From: an uncultured Pseudomonadales bacterium
GTDB lineage: Bacteria; Patescibacteriota; Microgenomatia; UBA1400; UBA12028
NCBI GenBank assembly: GCA_964635905.1
Contig: CAZWPK010000001.1
Location: 224,293-288,292, forward strand
DNA: 64,000 bases
Reading direction: 5' to 3'
Shown here: piece by piece, positions 36,203-45,541 of the stretch
Position numbering within the stretch: the first letter of the stretch is position 1
Layout: every line of letters begins with the position of its first letter
Notes under the pieces: generated by a model
The model's input: only the letters and a program-made list of their open reading frames with translations
What the model was told of the DNA's origin: nothing
Databases searched by the model: none
Position numbers and translations under genes: made by a program

Positions 36203-37275
36203 TGTCAGACCCTCGTAGTGATCAACTCGCGTCCCTCCTCGTTTCCTATAGCACCAAAGTACAACCTGGTGATCATGTTTGGATTCGTTGTGTTGGAGTG
36301 GCTGCGTTACCCTATGCCCGATCGGTGTACAAAAAAGTGATTGAGGTTGGCGGTCATCCCTACCTAGATATTGCCGACGAAACGTTGTCTCCGTTTTTCT
36401 TTTCCACAGCAAGTAGTGCGCATTTGGAAAAAGATCCTGCCATTGATTTGTTTCTAGCCAACTGGGCAGACTGCATCATCACCTTGGTTGGGGAAGAGAA
36501 CACCCGAGCGTTAGTGGCTGCGGATCCAAAAAAGATCCTACAGATGCAAAAGATCAAACAACCCGTCAAGAAAGTCATTCTCTCCAAACGCTGGGTGCTG
36601 ACCTGGGTACCAACACCAGCATTGGCACAGGAATCCGGAATGAGTACGGATGACTTTGAAGAATTTTATTTCTCTGCATGTTTACGCGACTGGAAAAAAG
36701 AATCGAAGCGCATAGTGTCGCTTTCAAAACGACTGTCCCATGCAACGAAGATCGAGGTCATTGGGAAAGACACACAACTCACGTTGAGTGCGACTGATCG
36801 CATTTTCATTCCGGATGTGGGTGATTGCAATATGCCTGCCGGAGAAGTCTTTACCTCCCCAGTGGAAAATTCGGTCAACGGAGTCATCACTTTTGATTTT
36901 CCTCTCTTTCGGTTTGGAAAAGAACTAACGGATATCCGGCTTGAATTCACCGATGGGCTCATTACCAAAGCAAGTGCGAGTAAACATGAAGACACGTTAC
37001 ACGCGATCCTTTCTACGGATGACGGCGCAAAACGACTAGGTGAATTTGCGATCGGAATGAACCCTGGAATCACGCGCTATTTTAATAACACACTCTTTGA
37101 CGAAAAGATCGAAGGGACCATTCACTGTGCGATTGGAGATAGTTTCTTGGAAGCAGGGGGAAAGAATCATTCGGGGGTGCATATGGACATCGTTAAAGAC
37201 ATGCGCCAGCCTGGCTCCAAAGTGCTTGCTGATGGGGTAACAATTCTTGAGGATGGAGTGCTACTTTCTTCCTAG
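36202..37275 (+). CDS. Aminopeptidase, M29 (AmpS/PepS) family
   Basis: 357 aa with the family-typical C-terminal GEFAIGMNPGI...GTIHCAIGDS block. Confidence 0.7.
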   Translation: MSDPRSDQLASLLVSYSTKVQPGDHVWIRCVGVAALPYARSVYKKVIEVGGHPYLDIADETLSPFFFSTASSAHLEKDPAIDLFLANWADCIITLVGEENTRALVAADPKKILQMQKIKQPVKKVILSKRWVLTWVPTPALAQESGMSTDDFEEFYFSACLRDWKKESKRIVSLSKRLSHATKIEVIGKDTQLTLSATDRIFIPDVGDCNMPAGEVFTSPVENSVNGVITFDFPLFRFGKELTDIRLEFTDGLITKASASKHEDTLHAILSTDDGAKRLGEFAIGMNPGITRYFNNTLFDEKIEGTIHCAIGDSFLEAGGKNHSGVHMDIVKDMRQPGSKVLADGVTILEDGVLLSS

Positions 37276-37278
37276 GAA

Positions 37279-37400
37279 ATGGTCAATTCATGAGCGTTTC
37301 TATTGACCATATGAGAACGTCACTTCTAAATGTCAACTAAAGAGCGTTGATTGTTGACATTAGTACTGATGATGTAAACAAACATCATACACTTGTTTAC
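37279..37400. repeat. Cluster of long perfect inverted repeats (two related 9-bp-arm palindromic elements plus two overlapping 7-8-bp inverted repeats)
   Basis: ATGGTCAAT-N14-ATTGACCAT (37279-37310); AATGTCAAC-N15-GTTGACATT (37329-37361), where both spacers contain GAGCGTT; ATGATGT/ACATCAT (37369-37388); GTAAACAA/TTGTTTAC (37374-37400). No T-runs follow any of them. Confidence 0.45.
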
Positions 37401-37437
37401 TTTGTTTGAGTAGGAATTTGAGAAGGAAAGAACCCTG

Positions 37438-37650
37438 TTACAGATTCCACGCAATCAACAGAATAATCCCCACAATAATGACTCCAACCAGGAGTGTTTT
37501 GACGATGTCAAAACGTAAACTTCTTTTTGTCGGGACCGGCAGGGGATCCGATGGTTTCTTCTTTAAGGCTTTGGTATCCAGCTTGTAGGTAAGTTCTAAC
37601 GCGGATATCTGTTGACTGGCATCCAGTTGATGACGGCGTTGTATTCCCAT
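37438..37650 (-). CDS. hypothetical small membrane protein
   Basis: 70 aa with a C-terminal hydrophobic helix; weak evidence. Confidence 0.3.
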   Translation of the reverse strand: MGIQRRHQLDASQQISALELTYKLDTKALKKKPSDPLPVPTKRSLRFDIVKTLLVGVIIVGIILLIAWNL

Positions 37651-37778
37651 AGATACAACCTATCTTAATCTATCGCTGCCTTGACTACCAGACCCTCAAC
37701 AGGTTTTCATGGACTGTCATTTTTTAAATCTGTTTGATACCATGATCTGTATTGGTTTTTTTGTTACAAGGAAATCGT

Positions 37779-38984
37779 ATGCAGCCAAAACAGATTGGTA
37801 CACTTGTCGCTCTCTATATCGCTACCACGGCTATTGCCTTTGGTGGGTTTAAATTGGCCTTTGCCAATGGAGCTGTGGCTCCTGTGGGAAGTGCTGGTGG
37901 GGGACTTGCGAACTTAATTTCTCCCTCCGTCCCTAAGAGCTCTGGAGGTGTGAATGTTGACTCTTCACTGCCAAAGACAGAGGAATGTCCCATTAATGGT
38001 GCCATGTATACCAAGCCAGAAGCAGAAGCTTGGGCAAAACGCCGTCCCTTGGCAGTCATGATCGAAAACCACATGGATGCCCGACCCCAATCGGGACTCT
38101 CCAAAGCAGATGTCATTTATGAAGCTGTTGCGGAAGGTGGGATCACCCGCTTCATGGGACTCTTCTATTGTGCCGCACAAGCCAAAGATACCATCGTCGC
38201 TCCCGTACGTAGTGCACGTTCCTATTTTATTGAATGGGCCAGTGACTATAACAATCCTCTCTATGTTCACGTGGGTGGAGCGAATAACTTTGGAAACGAT
38301 GGCACGGATAAACGGGTTCAAGCGCTTGAACAGCTCACCACCTATGGATGGGCACAGGTTAACGACATTGATGGTCGTGGCGTCTCGTATCCCGTCTTTG
38401 CACGGAACTATAATCGTATTCCTGGAAAAGATTTAGCCACCGAACACACGATGGAATCCTCTACGAGTCGAGTTTGGGAATTTGCCGCGACCAAGCGTGG
38501 ATTAACCAACAAAGACAAGAAGGGGACAGACTGGAGTACTGGATTTGTAAAATGGACGTTTGCGGATGATGCCGCTGCCAGCGGAGCAACCCAGAAGATC
38601 TCCTATGAATTCTGGGAAGGCTTTACGCAGTTTGCTGTCCAATGGAACTATGATGCGACGAGTAACACATACCTTCGTACCATGGCTGGTGAAAAACACG
38701 TTGACCTAAACGATGGTAAACAATTGGCAACCAAGAATGTGGTTGTTCTCTTCACCAAAGAAGAAGGCCCTGTGGATGTGCATAAGCACATGTGGTATCA
38801 GACGGCAGGAAGCGGGAAAGCAATTATCTTCCAAAATGGGAAGCGTGTCGATGCAACCTGGAGCAAGAAAGATAGAACCTCCAGACTTACCTTTACGGAT
38901 GCCAAAGGGAAAGCAATCTCCTTTGTCCGCGGTCAAATTTGGATTAGTGTCCTACAAACCAATACTCCTGTAACCGTGGAGTAG
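37779..38984 (+). CDS. Secreted DUF3048 (YerB-like) protein
   Basis: Signal/TM IGTLVALYIATTAIAFGG and RPLAVMIENHMDARPQSGLSKADVIYE, typical of the DUF3048 N-terminal domain. ATG 37779 has an AAGGAA SD; the ORF track starts at 37752. Confidence 0.6.
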   Translation: MQPKQIGTLVALYIATTAIAFGGFKLAFANGAVAPVGSAGGGLANLISPSVPKSSGGVNVDSSLPKTEECPINGAMYTKPEAEAWAKRRPLAVMIENHMDARPQSGLSKADVIYEAVAEGGITRFMGLFYCAAQAKDTIVAPVRSARSYFIEWASDYNNPLYVHVGGANNFGNDGTDKRVQALEQLTTYGWAQVNDIDGRGVSYPVFARNYNRIPGKDLATEHTMESSTSRVWEFAATKRGLTNKDKKGTDWSTGFVKWTFADDAAASGATQKISYEFWEGFTQFAVQWNYDATSNTYLRTMAGEKHVDLNDGKQLATKNVVVLFTKEEGPVDVHKHMWYQTAGSGKAIIFQNGKRVDATWSKKDRTSRLTFTDAKGKAISFVRGQIWISVLQTNTPVTVE

Positions 38985-38993
38985 GAGAAACCT

Positions 38994-39281
38994 ATGTTAG
39001 AGGGCGCGAATTATCGTTGCTCAGTCTGCGGCATGCCACACTTTACAGCGAAGGAAGCAGAAGAGTGTAGTAAGATTCCTGTTCCTCTACATACCTTACA
39101 AGTAGGACAAGAAGTACCAATCCCATATCTCCAGCGCTCCGGCGTCATCATAGAATTAATTTCACAAGTGGCGGTGCTGACACATGAACGGTTCGTTCGG
39201 GTTAGGATACCTAACTACGACGATCAGAATTTAACCGAAGAGACTGCGCTTCGCTTTATTCACAGCGCGAAACGAGACTAG
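38994..39281 (+). CDS. hypothetical protein with N-terminal zinc-ribbon-like Cys pairs
   Basis: CSVCG...x14...EEC; 95 aa. Confidence 0.4.
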   Translation: MLEGANYRCSVCGMPHFTAKEAEECSKIPVPLHTLQVGQEVPIPYLQRSGVIIELISQVAVLTHERFVRVRIPNYDDQNLTEETALRFIHSAKRD

Positions 39282-39359
39282 GGCACACTTGATCCTTTCG
39301 CTTGCCGTTGCGCGCAACACGATCTAGTGTAAAATTGAGCCAAGGATTTACTCACTCCT

Positions 39360-39959
39360 ATGGCCCAACTCTCTGATTTCATGCTCTCTAAAGTTCGTGT
39401 GGAACTCATCGAACTGTTTTTTTCCAAACCCTCTGAGATGTGGTATGTGCGTGAGCTCACCCGTCTGACTGGAGAAGAGATCAATGCGGTGCGACGCGAA
39501 CTTTCCCGCATGCAAGAAGTAGGGATGGTGCGAAATGAAGAGCGCGGCAATCGTCTGTACTACATGCTCAATCCTCAATATGAATTTTTTCCCGATCTTC
39601 TCACGATGGTTGCAAAGACTACGGGACTGGGAAAAGATTTGCGCAAAAACAAAAAGAAACTTGGTGATGTGAAATTTATCATGTTCTCCGGACCCTTTGC
39701 TCGGTTTGGCAAGCGCTTGCATACCGATGTGGACATTTTGGTGGTCGGCAATATTGTGCTTCCAGAAATGTCAGCCTTAGTGAAGGCAGAGGAGTCAAAG
39801 CGCGGTCACGAGATCAACTATACCGTGATGACAGAAGAAGAATTTTTATTTCGAAAGAATCGCCGTGATCCATTTCTGCGCGACATTTTAGCAGGGAGTC
39901 GCGTTATGATCATTGGAGATGAGGATAGTTTGCTGGAAGTGAAGCCTCAATTGGGATAA
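39360..39959 (+). CDS. wHTH transcription-regulator domain fused to minimal nucleotidyltransferase domain
   Basis: An N-terminal ArsR-like wHTH (VRELTRLTGEEINAVRRELSRMQEVGMV), and an NTase signature GPFARFGKRLHTDVDILVVG (G[SG]x9-13DxD). Confidence 0.6.
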   Translation: MAQLSDFMLSKVRVELIELFFSKPSEMWYVRELTRLTGEEINAVRRELSRMQEVGMVRNEERGNRLYYMLNPQYEFFPDLLTMVAKTTGLGKDLRKNKKKLGDVKFIMFSGPFARFGKRLHTDVDILVVGNIVLPEMSALVKAEESKRGHEINYTVMTEEEFLFRKNRRDPFLRDILAGSRVMIIGDEDSLLEVKPQLG

Positions 39960-40238
39960 GTGGGCGCTATGATGTTCCTATTCAATTGTGTGACGTTAAT
40001 CCTCTCCATCCTGTATCTGTATGGAGCCTTTCGTTTCCTATTGCCCCAAGTATTACGTGCGTCCAAACAACCTGACTGTACAGTTGATAATTCTGGCTCA
40101 AAACGGCGCACCTTCGTGCGAAAAGACGAAGCGCTAAAAGCGGCCATCGTCTACGTCCTATTATTCTTCCTCTCGATCATCGCTATCCTCTCGACACTGT
40201 TTCCCGCGCTTCCCAACATGTTGTTAACGGCGATCTAA
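39960..40238 (+). CDS. hypothetical small membrane protein
   Basis: 92 aa with two hydrophobic helices, starting 1 nt after the NTase gene stop. Confidence 0.35.
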   Translation: MGAMMFLFNCVTLILSILYLYGAFRFLLPQVLRASKQPDCTVDNSGSKRRTFVRKDEALKAAIVYVLLFFLSIIAILSTLFPALPNMLLTAI

Positions 40239-40283
40239 ACGAAAATCCCTTACTTGAAAAAGTGAAGCTTACGGTAAAAAATA

Positions 40284-41711
40284 ATGGTCATGTCATTTTT
40301 CTCTGCACTGCGTTTCTATCTGCTTTTTCTTGTAGTGACTGTCATTGCATTCGTGCTGTTGCTTCCAAAGACTTTGACGATTAATCTTGGATCGGAGCAG
40401 TTGTGCCAGCAGCGTTTTGCTCCCATGCTATGTAAAAACTTGCCACTTGCTCCAATTACGATCCATCGACCAGATCTTTCGTTTTCCATCTTTGGAAAGA
40501 CCTTCGCGCGTGATCTTAATACCATTCTTGGTCTAGATCTAAATGGGGGAACCCAAGTCACCCTCCGTGCGAATTTGGCATCAATTCCGGCGGATCAACA
40601 CGCTACTGTTTCCGCTGGGGTCAAAGAGATCTTAACCAGGCGTCTAAAGGACTATGGAGTCCTGGATGCACAATTTTCCACACTCTCCCAAAAAGATGCC
40701 ATCGAATTGGATATCGTACTGCGTCCCCAAGGGAATATGGAAACGATAAAAGCATTGTTAGGTACAACGGCAAAACTTGATTTTCGCGAATACAAACCGG
40801 CCAACGGATCGATGAGTGCGACTCCCTCTGCTCAGGTAAAGGACTATCTTCCTACGGACTTAACCGGAAAAGAATTACTGCAGGCTGCCGTTCTTACGGA
40901 TCCGCAAACGCAACAACCTAGTGTGGGAATCGCCTTTACCTCCACTGGCACCCAAAAGTTTGCAGTGCTCACACGGAATAACATCGGAAAACCATTAGCA
41001 ATTTTCTTGGATGACTATCCCATTAGTGTCCCGAAGGTGGACAAAGAGATTACGGATGGGCGTGCCATGATTCGTGGTGATTTTTCCCTCGATCAGGCAC
41101 GGTCGCTTGCCGCTGTCTTAAATTCGGGACCACTTCCTGTGGATGTCGGAGTTGTCTCGATGCAGACAGCAGAACCACTCTTCGGGCAGCAAACCTTCTC
41201 TCTCCTCATCAAGGTGGGAATCGTTGGATTTTTTGCAGTGGGTTTGAGTCTTCTCTTACTCTACCGACTCAAAGGGGTCTTAGGTACCATCGTGATTGCC
41301 TTTTTAATCCTCATCTCATTAGTACTGTATAAACTGCTGTTAATCCCCATTACCATAGCAGGAATTGTGGGCATGTTTCTGTCGCTCTGTATTGCAGTGG
41401 ATACCATTATCTTGGGATTTGAGCGTCTACGGGAACTGGAAACAGACGGTGCAAGAAAAACCATTCCCACGCTGTTGTCATTGTCCTTTAAGAAAAATAG
41501 AGCGGCGATCACGGACGCCAATTTCTTCATTGTGGTGATGTGTGTCTGTCTTGCCAACCCCTTTGATTGGAACTTTCTGGTGCAGTCCCCAGTCGCACGA
41601 AGTTTTGGCTTGACCCTTGCGATCGGGATTCTCCTCAACGCGATCCTGGGACAATTACTCTTGAAGGTATTGTTGACCCTCTTTTATCATCCAAAGGCAG
41701 GTACCGTATGA
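40284..41711 (+). CDS. secD: Protein translocase subunit SecD
   Basis: LGLDLNGGTQV, a large periplasmic domain, and a C-terminal multi-TM bundle. Confidence 0.8.
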   Translation: MVMSFFSALRFYLLFLVVTVIAFVLLLPKTLTINLGSEQLCQQRFAPMLCKNLPLAPITIHRPDLSFSIFGKTFARDLNTILGLDLNGGTQVTLRANLASIPADQHATVSAGVKEILTRRLKDYGVLDAQFSTLSQKDAIELDIVLRPQGNMETIKALLGTTAKLDFREYKPANGSMSATPSAQVKDYLPTDLTGKELLQAAVLTDPQTQQPSVGIAFTSTGTQKFAVLTRNNIGKPLAIFLDDYPISVPKVDKEITDGRAMIRGDFSLDQARSLAAVLNSGPLPVDVGVVSMQTAEPLFGQQTFSLLIKVGIVGFFAVGLSLLLLYRLKGVLGTIVIAFLILISLVLYKLLLIPITIAGIVGMFLSLCIAVDTIILGFERLRELETDGARKTIPTLLSLSFKKNRAAITDANFFIVVMCVCLANPFDWNFLVQSPVARSFGLTLAIGILLNAILGQLLLKVLLTLFYHPKAGTV

Positions 41712-42607
41712 GACATGGAATACTTTCGACAAACAGCACAACCTATCTGATTGTTTCTGCGCTCTTTGTATCTGTGTGTTCACTATTGATTTGGCGGTTT
41801 CCTCTGCGCTTTGGGATTGAATTTGCCGGTGGAGTAGTCCATGAAGTTCGGATTGAAACCCAAGAGGGGAGAGTAGCTACCACTGCAATCACCGCAGCAG
41901 TCGCACCCATCGCCGAACCAGTGTCGATCATCGGTACTGGGGAGTCGCAGTTTAGAATTGAGTTTCTACAACTGCCGGAAGAGAAACAACAGGAAATTGA
42001 ACAGGCTCTAGCCCCGTTGGGAACGGTAAAAACGGTCCAGCTTGCCCGAAAGGACCCAGCACTGGCTCCCACACTTCAACGGCAGGCAGTGATCACCCTA
42101 GGAGTAGCGCTGCTTTCCGTTTTAGTTCTGATTGGGATGCGCTTTAAATCGATCCCATTTGCCCTAGCTTCGCTACTAGCTGCAATCCATGATCTTGTAT
42201 TCCTTGTAGCTGTCAGCAGTGTGCTTAGTCACGTGACCAACTTTAGTGCCGACATGTTATGGGTGATTGCGATAGTAACGGGATTTTGTTTTTCAACGCA
42301 TGACACACTTGTCATTCTGAATAGATTAAGAGAACTACAAAAGATAGCACCAACCACACCCTTTCCACTCTTAGCAGATCAAACACTCCAGAGCACTATT
42401 GTTCGTAGTCTCCGGATGGGTCTCCTAACTAGTGCAGTGCTGCTTTCCTTGGTAGCCATCGGCCCTGCAAGTTTACAAGCCTTTGGCATTCTTTTATTCC
42501 TAGGTGTTCTAGTGGGGATGTACTCAAGCTTCTTTGTTGTACTGCCACTGTTGACTATGTTGAGATCACTTCAAGATACAGTCAGTACTCTCGCTATCAA
42601 ACCATAG
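41708..42607 (+). CDS. secF: Protein translocase subunit SecF
   Basis: FGIEFAGGVVHEVRIE and C-terminal TM helices. The start at ATG 41708 overlaps the secD stop (ATGA). Confidence 0.75.
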   Translation: MRHGILSTNSTTYLIVSALFVSVCSLLIWRFPLRFGIEFAGGVVHEVRIETQEGRVATTAITAAVAPIAEPVSIIGTGESQFRIEFLQLPEEKQQEIEQALAPLGTVKTVQLARKDPALAPTLQRQAVITLGVALLSVLVLIGMRFKSIPFALASLLAAIHDLVFLVAVSSVLSHVTNFSADMLWVIAIVTGFCFSTHDTLVILNRLRELQKIAPTTPFPLLADQTLQSTIVRSLRMGLLTSAVLLSLVAIGPASLQAFGILLFLGVLVGMYSSFFVVLPLLTMLRSLQDTVSTLAIKP

Positions 42608-42768
42608 TTCCATTAGTTCGTATTGATCAAGACTAGAGGTAGACAGCCTAGTATACTATTGCTATCTGGTGAGTGAAGGATGTATTTATAGCTACTGTGA
42701 TGCGTAAGAAAATACAGTTAGAATAGTGAACTCAATAGCAATCTAGCTGAATCAATCTAAGGAATACT

Positions 42769-44346
42769 ATGTCTGAAGAACAACGACGCCTTCTTGAGAA
42801 ACAACTGTGGGCCGTTGCAAATATTCTCCGCGGCAAGATGAATGCTGATGAATACCGAAACTATATCTTGGGATTCATCTTCTACAAATATCTTTCCGAA
42901 AAACTCGAAAAATTTGTCAACGAAAAGCTTCTTGCTAGAGAATCATACACATTTTCAACAATTGATGGAAAAAGCCCAAAGGGGAAATCTGTCCTAGAAG
43001 AAATAAAAGAGGCCTCCGTGGAGCATTTAGGCTTTTTTCTTAAGCCGACGGATTTGTTTGGTTTCTTGGTCAAAAAGGGGAACGGAGAAATATCAGGAGA
43101 AAGCACCTTCATTCTTGAAGATTTAAAAAATGTACTAAATACCATTGAACAAACGTCGATGGGTACTGCAAGTGAAGACGATTTCAAAGGTCTTTTTGAT
43201 GATGTGGTGTTGACCTCTCCAAAACTTGGGAAGTCTGAGCAAAAGAAAAATGAAGTCATCGTTGAGGTTTTGACGAAATTAAGCGAAATTGATTTCAGAC
43301 TTGAAGATTCAAAGAGTGATCTGCTGGGGGATGCCTACGAATACCTCATTGGTGAATTTGCCGCAGGTGCAGGCAAAAAGGGTGGCGAATTCTATACTCC
43401 AGCACAGGTTTCCAGATTACTTGCTCAAATTGTAACAGAAGGGAAAAAGCGCCTGAAATCAGTGTATGACCCGACTTGTGGCTCTGGCTCACTCCTCCTT
43501 CGTATTGGGGACTTTGCCAACGTGTCTACATACTACGGGCAAGAACTGAACCCAACCACCTACAATTTAGCCCGCATGAACATGATTCTGCATGGTGTGC
43601 CATTTGATAGTTTCAGCATCAGGCAAGGTGACACGCTTGTTGACGACATGCATTTGGATTTACAGGCTGAAGCGGTGGTGGCAAACCCTCCTTTTTCAGC
43701 AGAATGGAAAAGTGACAGTGACCCTCTCTTGGTTCAAGATGAGCGGTTTTCACAATATGGCAGGCTAGCACCAAAAAATAGGGCTGACTATGCTTTTGTT
43801 GCTCACATGCTTCACCACTTAGCCGAAAATGGAACTATGGCAGTAATTTTGCCTCATGGTGTACTTTTTGCTGGCGGTGCGAATGAAACAATTCGTAAGT
43901 ACATTCTTGAGAATCAAAACTCACTTGACGCAGTAATTGGATTGCCTTCTGATCTCTTTTATGGCACAGGTATTCCCGCAGTCGTCATGGTTTTCAAAAA
44001 GTGCAGAAAAGAGGATGACGACGTTCTCTTTATTGATGCTTCTAGAGAATTTGAAAAAGGAAAAAATCAAAATTGGCTAAGTGATGAAAATATCAATAAA
44101 ATATTTGAAACATATTCACAGAGAAAAGAAATCGAACGATATTCTCACAGAGCAAGACAGGACGAAATTAAGGAAAACGAGTTCAACCTAAACATACCAC
44201 GGTATGTTGATACGTTTGAAGAAGAGCCGGAATTGGACCTAAACAGAATAGCCAAAAATATAAGATCTCTTCAAAGGACTGAAATAGAGTCAAAAAAAAA
44301 TATTGCTGAATTTTGTAAAGAACTTAATATTGATAATCCATTTTAA
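42769..44346 (+). CDS. hsdM: Type I restriction-modification system, N6-adenine methyltransferase subunit
   Basis: An N-terminal HsdM_N-like region, the catalytic motif VVANPPFS, and an AdoMet-binding DPTCGSGSLL. Confidence 0.85.
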   Translation: MSEEQRRLLEKQLWAVANILRGKMNADEYRNYILGFIFYKYLSEKLEKFVNEKLLARESYTFSTIDGKSPKGKSVLEEIKEASVEHLGFFLKPTDLFGFLVKKGNGEISGESTFILEDLKNVLNTIEQTSMGTASEDDFKGLFDDVVLTSPKLGKSEQKKNEVIVEVLTKLSEIDFRLEDSKSDLLGDAYEYLIGEFAAGAGKKGGEFYTPAQVSRLLAQIVTEGKKRLKSVYDPTCGSGSLLLRIGDFANVSTYYGQELNPTTYNLARMNMILHGVPFDSFSIRQGDTLVDDMHLDLQAEAVVANPPFSAEWKSDSDPLLVQDERFSQYGRLAPKNRADYAFVAHMLHHLAENGTMAVILPHGVLFAGGANETIRKYILENQNSLDAVIGLPSDLFYGTGIPAVVMVFKKCRKEDDDVLFIDASREFEKGKNQNWLSDENINKIFETYSQRKEIERYSHRARQDEIKENEFNLNIPRYVDTFEEEPELDLNRIAKNIRSLQRTEIESKKNIAEFCKELNIDNPF

Positions 44347-44348
44347 GT

Positions 44349-45536
44349 ATGGCTTCCAAATCCATAAAAAAACCAAAATTGAGATTTCCTAAGTTCACTT
44401 CTGAACTGCGTTTGTTCCAGCTTGGAAATGTGATAGAAGAGTATAGCGAAAAGACTAAGATTAATAATCAATACAAGGTGTTAACTTCATCGAGAAAGGG
44501 ACTATTAGCACAAGAGGAGTACTACGGTGATAGTAATAGGATAACTCAGCGCGAAAATGCTGGATTTAATATCATCCCCAATGGATTTCTAACTTATCGA
44601 TCTCGGAGCGATGATGGGAAGTTTCATTTTAACATAAACGATACGGGTGATTATGCTGCAATAAGTGTCTACTATCCAGTTTTTAGATGCAAAAGTGATA
44701 ATGAATTATATCTACTTAATCTATTAAATTCTAACTGGAAAAAACTATATAAATACAGCGTAGGAACATCTCAAAAAGTACTGTCTTTTAGAGACCTAAA
44801 AAGTATAGAATTCTTATTTCCAGAATTCGAAGAACAAAAAGAAATCTCAACTTTTTTTTCAAAGATTGACTGTTTCATCGATAATCTTAAAAAGCATAAA
44901 TGTGAGCTAGAGCTCTATAGAAAAGCGGTACTTCAACTGTTCTTTACTAAAAAAATTCTCTTTAAAGACAAAGAAGGTCGCGATTTCCCTGACTGGGAAC
45001 TAAAAAAAGCAGGTGAAATATTCGCAAACCACACTGATAAAAATCATCAGGGAGATTTGCCCTTATTAGCCGTTACCCAAGATCGTGGGGTAATCAAGAG
45101 AAGTGATTTAGATTTAAGAATCAATACGTCCGAAGCTGGTGTAAAGAGCTACAAAATTATTGATGTAGGTGACTTCGTAATAAGTTTAAGGTCCTTTCAA
45201 GGTGGTATTGAGTATTCGAATATCAGAGGTATCTCTAGTCCTGCATACACGGTATTGAGAAATAAAGTTCCCATCTGCCATGATTTTTTTAGAATTTACT
45301 TTAAAAAGGAAAGCTTTATCAAGCAGTTAAACTCAATGATCTATGGAATCCGTGATGGGAAACAAATTAGCTACTCAGAATTCAAGAATATGAAGCTTCC
45401 ATTTCCTTCGTTAGACGAGCAAAAGAAAATTGCTGACTTTATAAAATCACTTGATGAGTTAATTGTTCTCAAAGAAAAACAAATAGAAATGGCTGAGCAA
45501 TGGAAAAAGGGTCTGCTTCAACAAATGTTTGTATAA
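44349..45536 (+). CDS. hsdS: Type I R-M specificity subunit (two target-recognition domains)
   Basis: 395 aa, very AT-rich, with a duplicated TRD architecture and conserved central and C-terminal coiled-coil spacers. It starts 2 nt after the hsdM stop. Confidence 0.7.
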   Translation: MASKSIKKPKLRFPKFTSELRLFQLGNVIEEYSEKTKINNQYKVLTSSRKGLLAQEEYYGDSNRITQRENAGFNIIPNGFLTYRSRSDDGKFHFNINDTGDYAAISVYYPVFRCKSDNELYLLNLLNSNWKKLYKYSVGTSQKVLSFRDLKSIEFLFPEFEEQKEISTFFSKIDCFIDNLKKHKCELELYRKAVLQLFFTKKILFKDKEGRDFPDWELKKAGEIFANHTDKNHQGDLPLLAVTQDRGVIKRSDLDLRINTSEAGVKSYKIIDVGDFVISLRSFQGGIEYSNIRGISSPAYTVLRNKVPICHDFFRIYFKKESFIKQLNSMIYGIRDGKQISYSEFKNMKLPFPSLDEQKKIADFIKSLDELIVLKEKQIEMAEQWKKGLLQQMFV

Positions 45537-45541
45537 GAACT

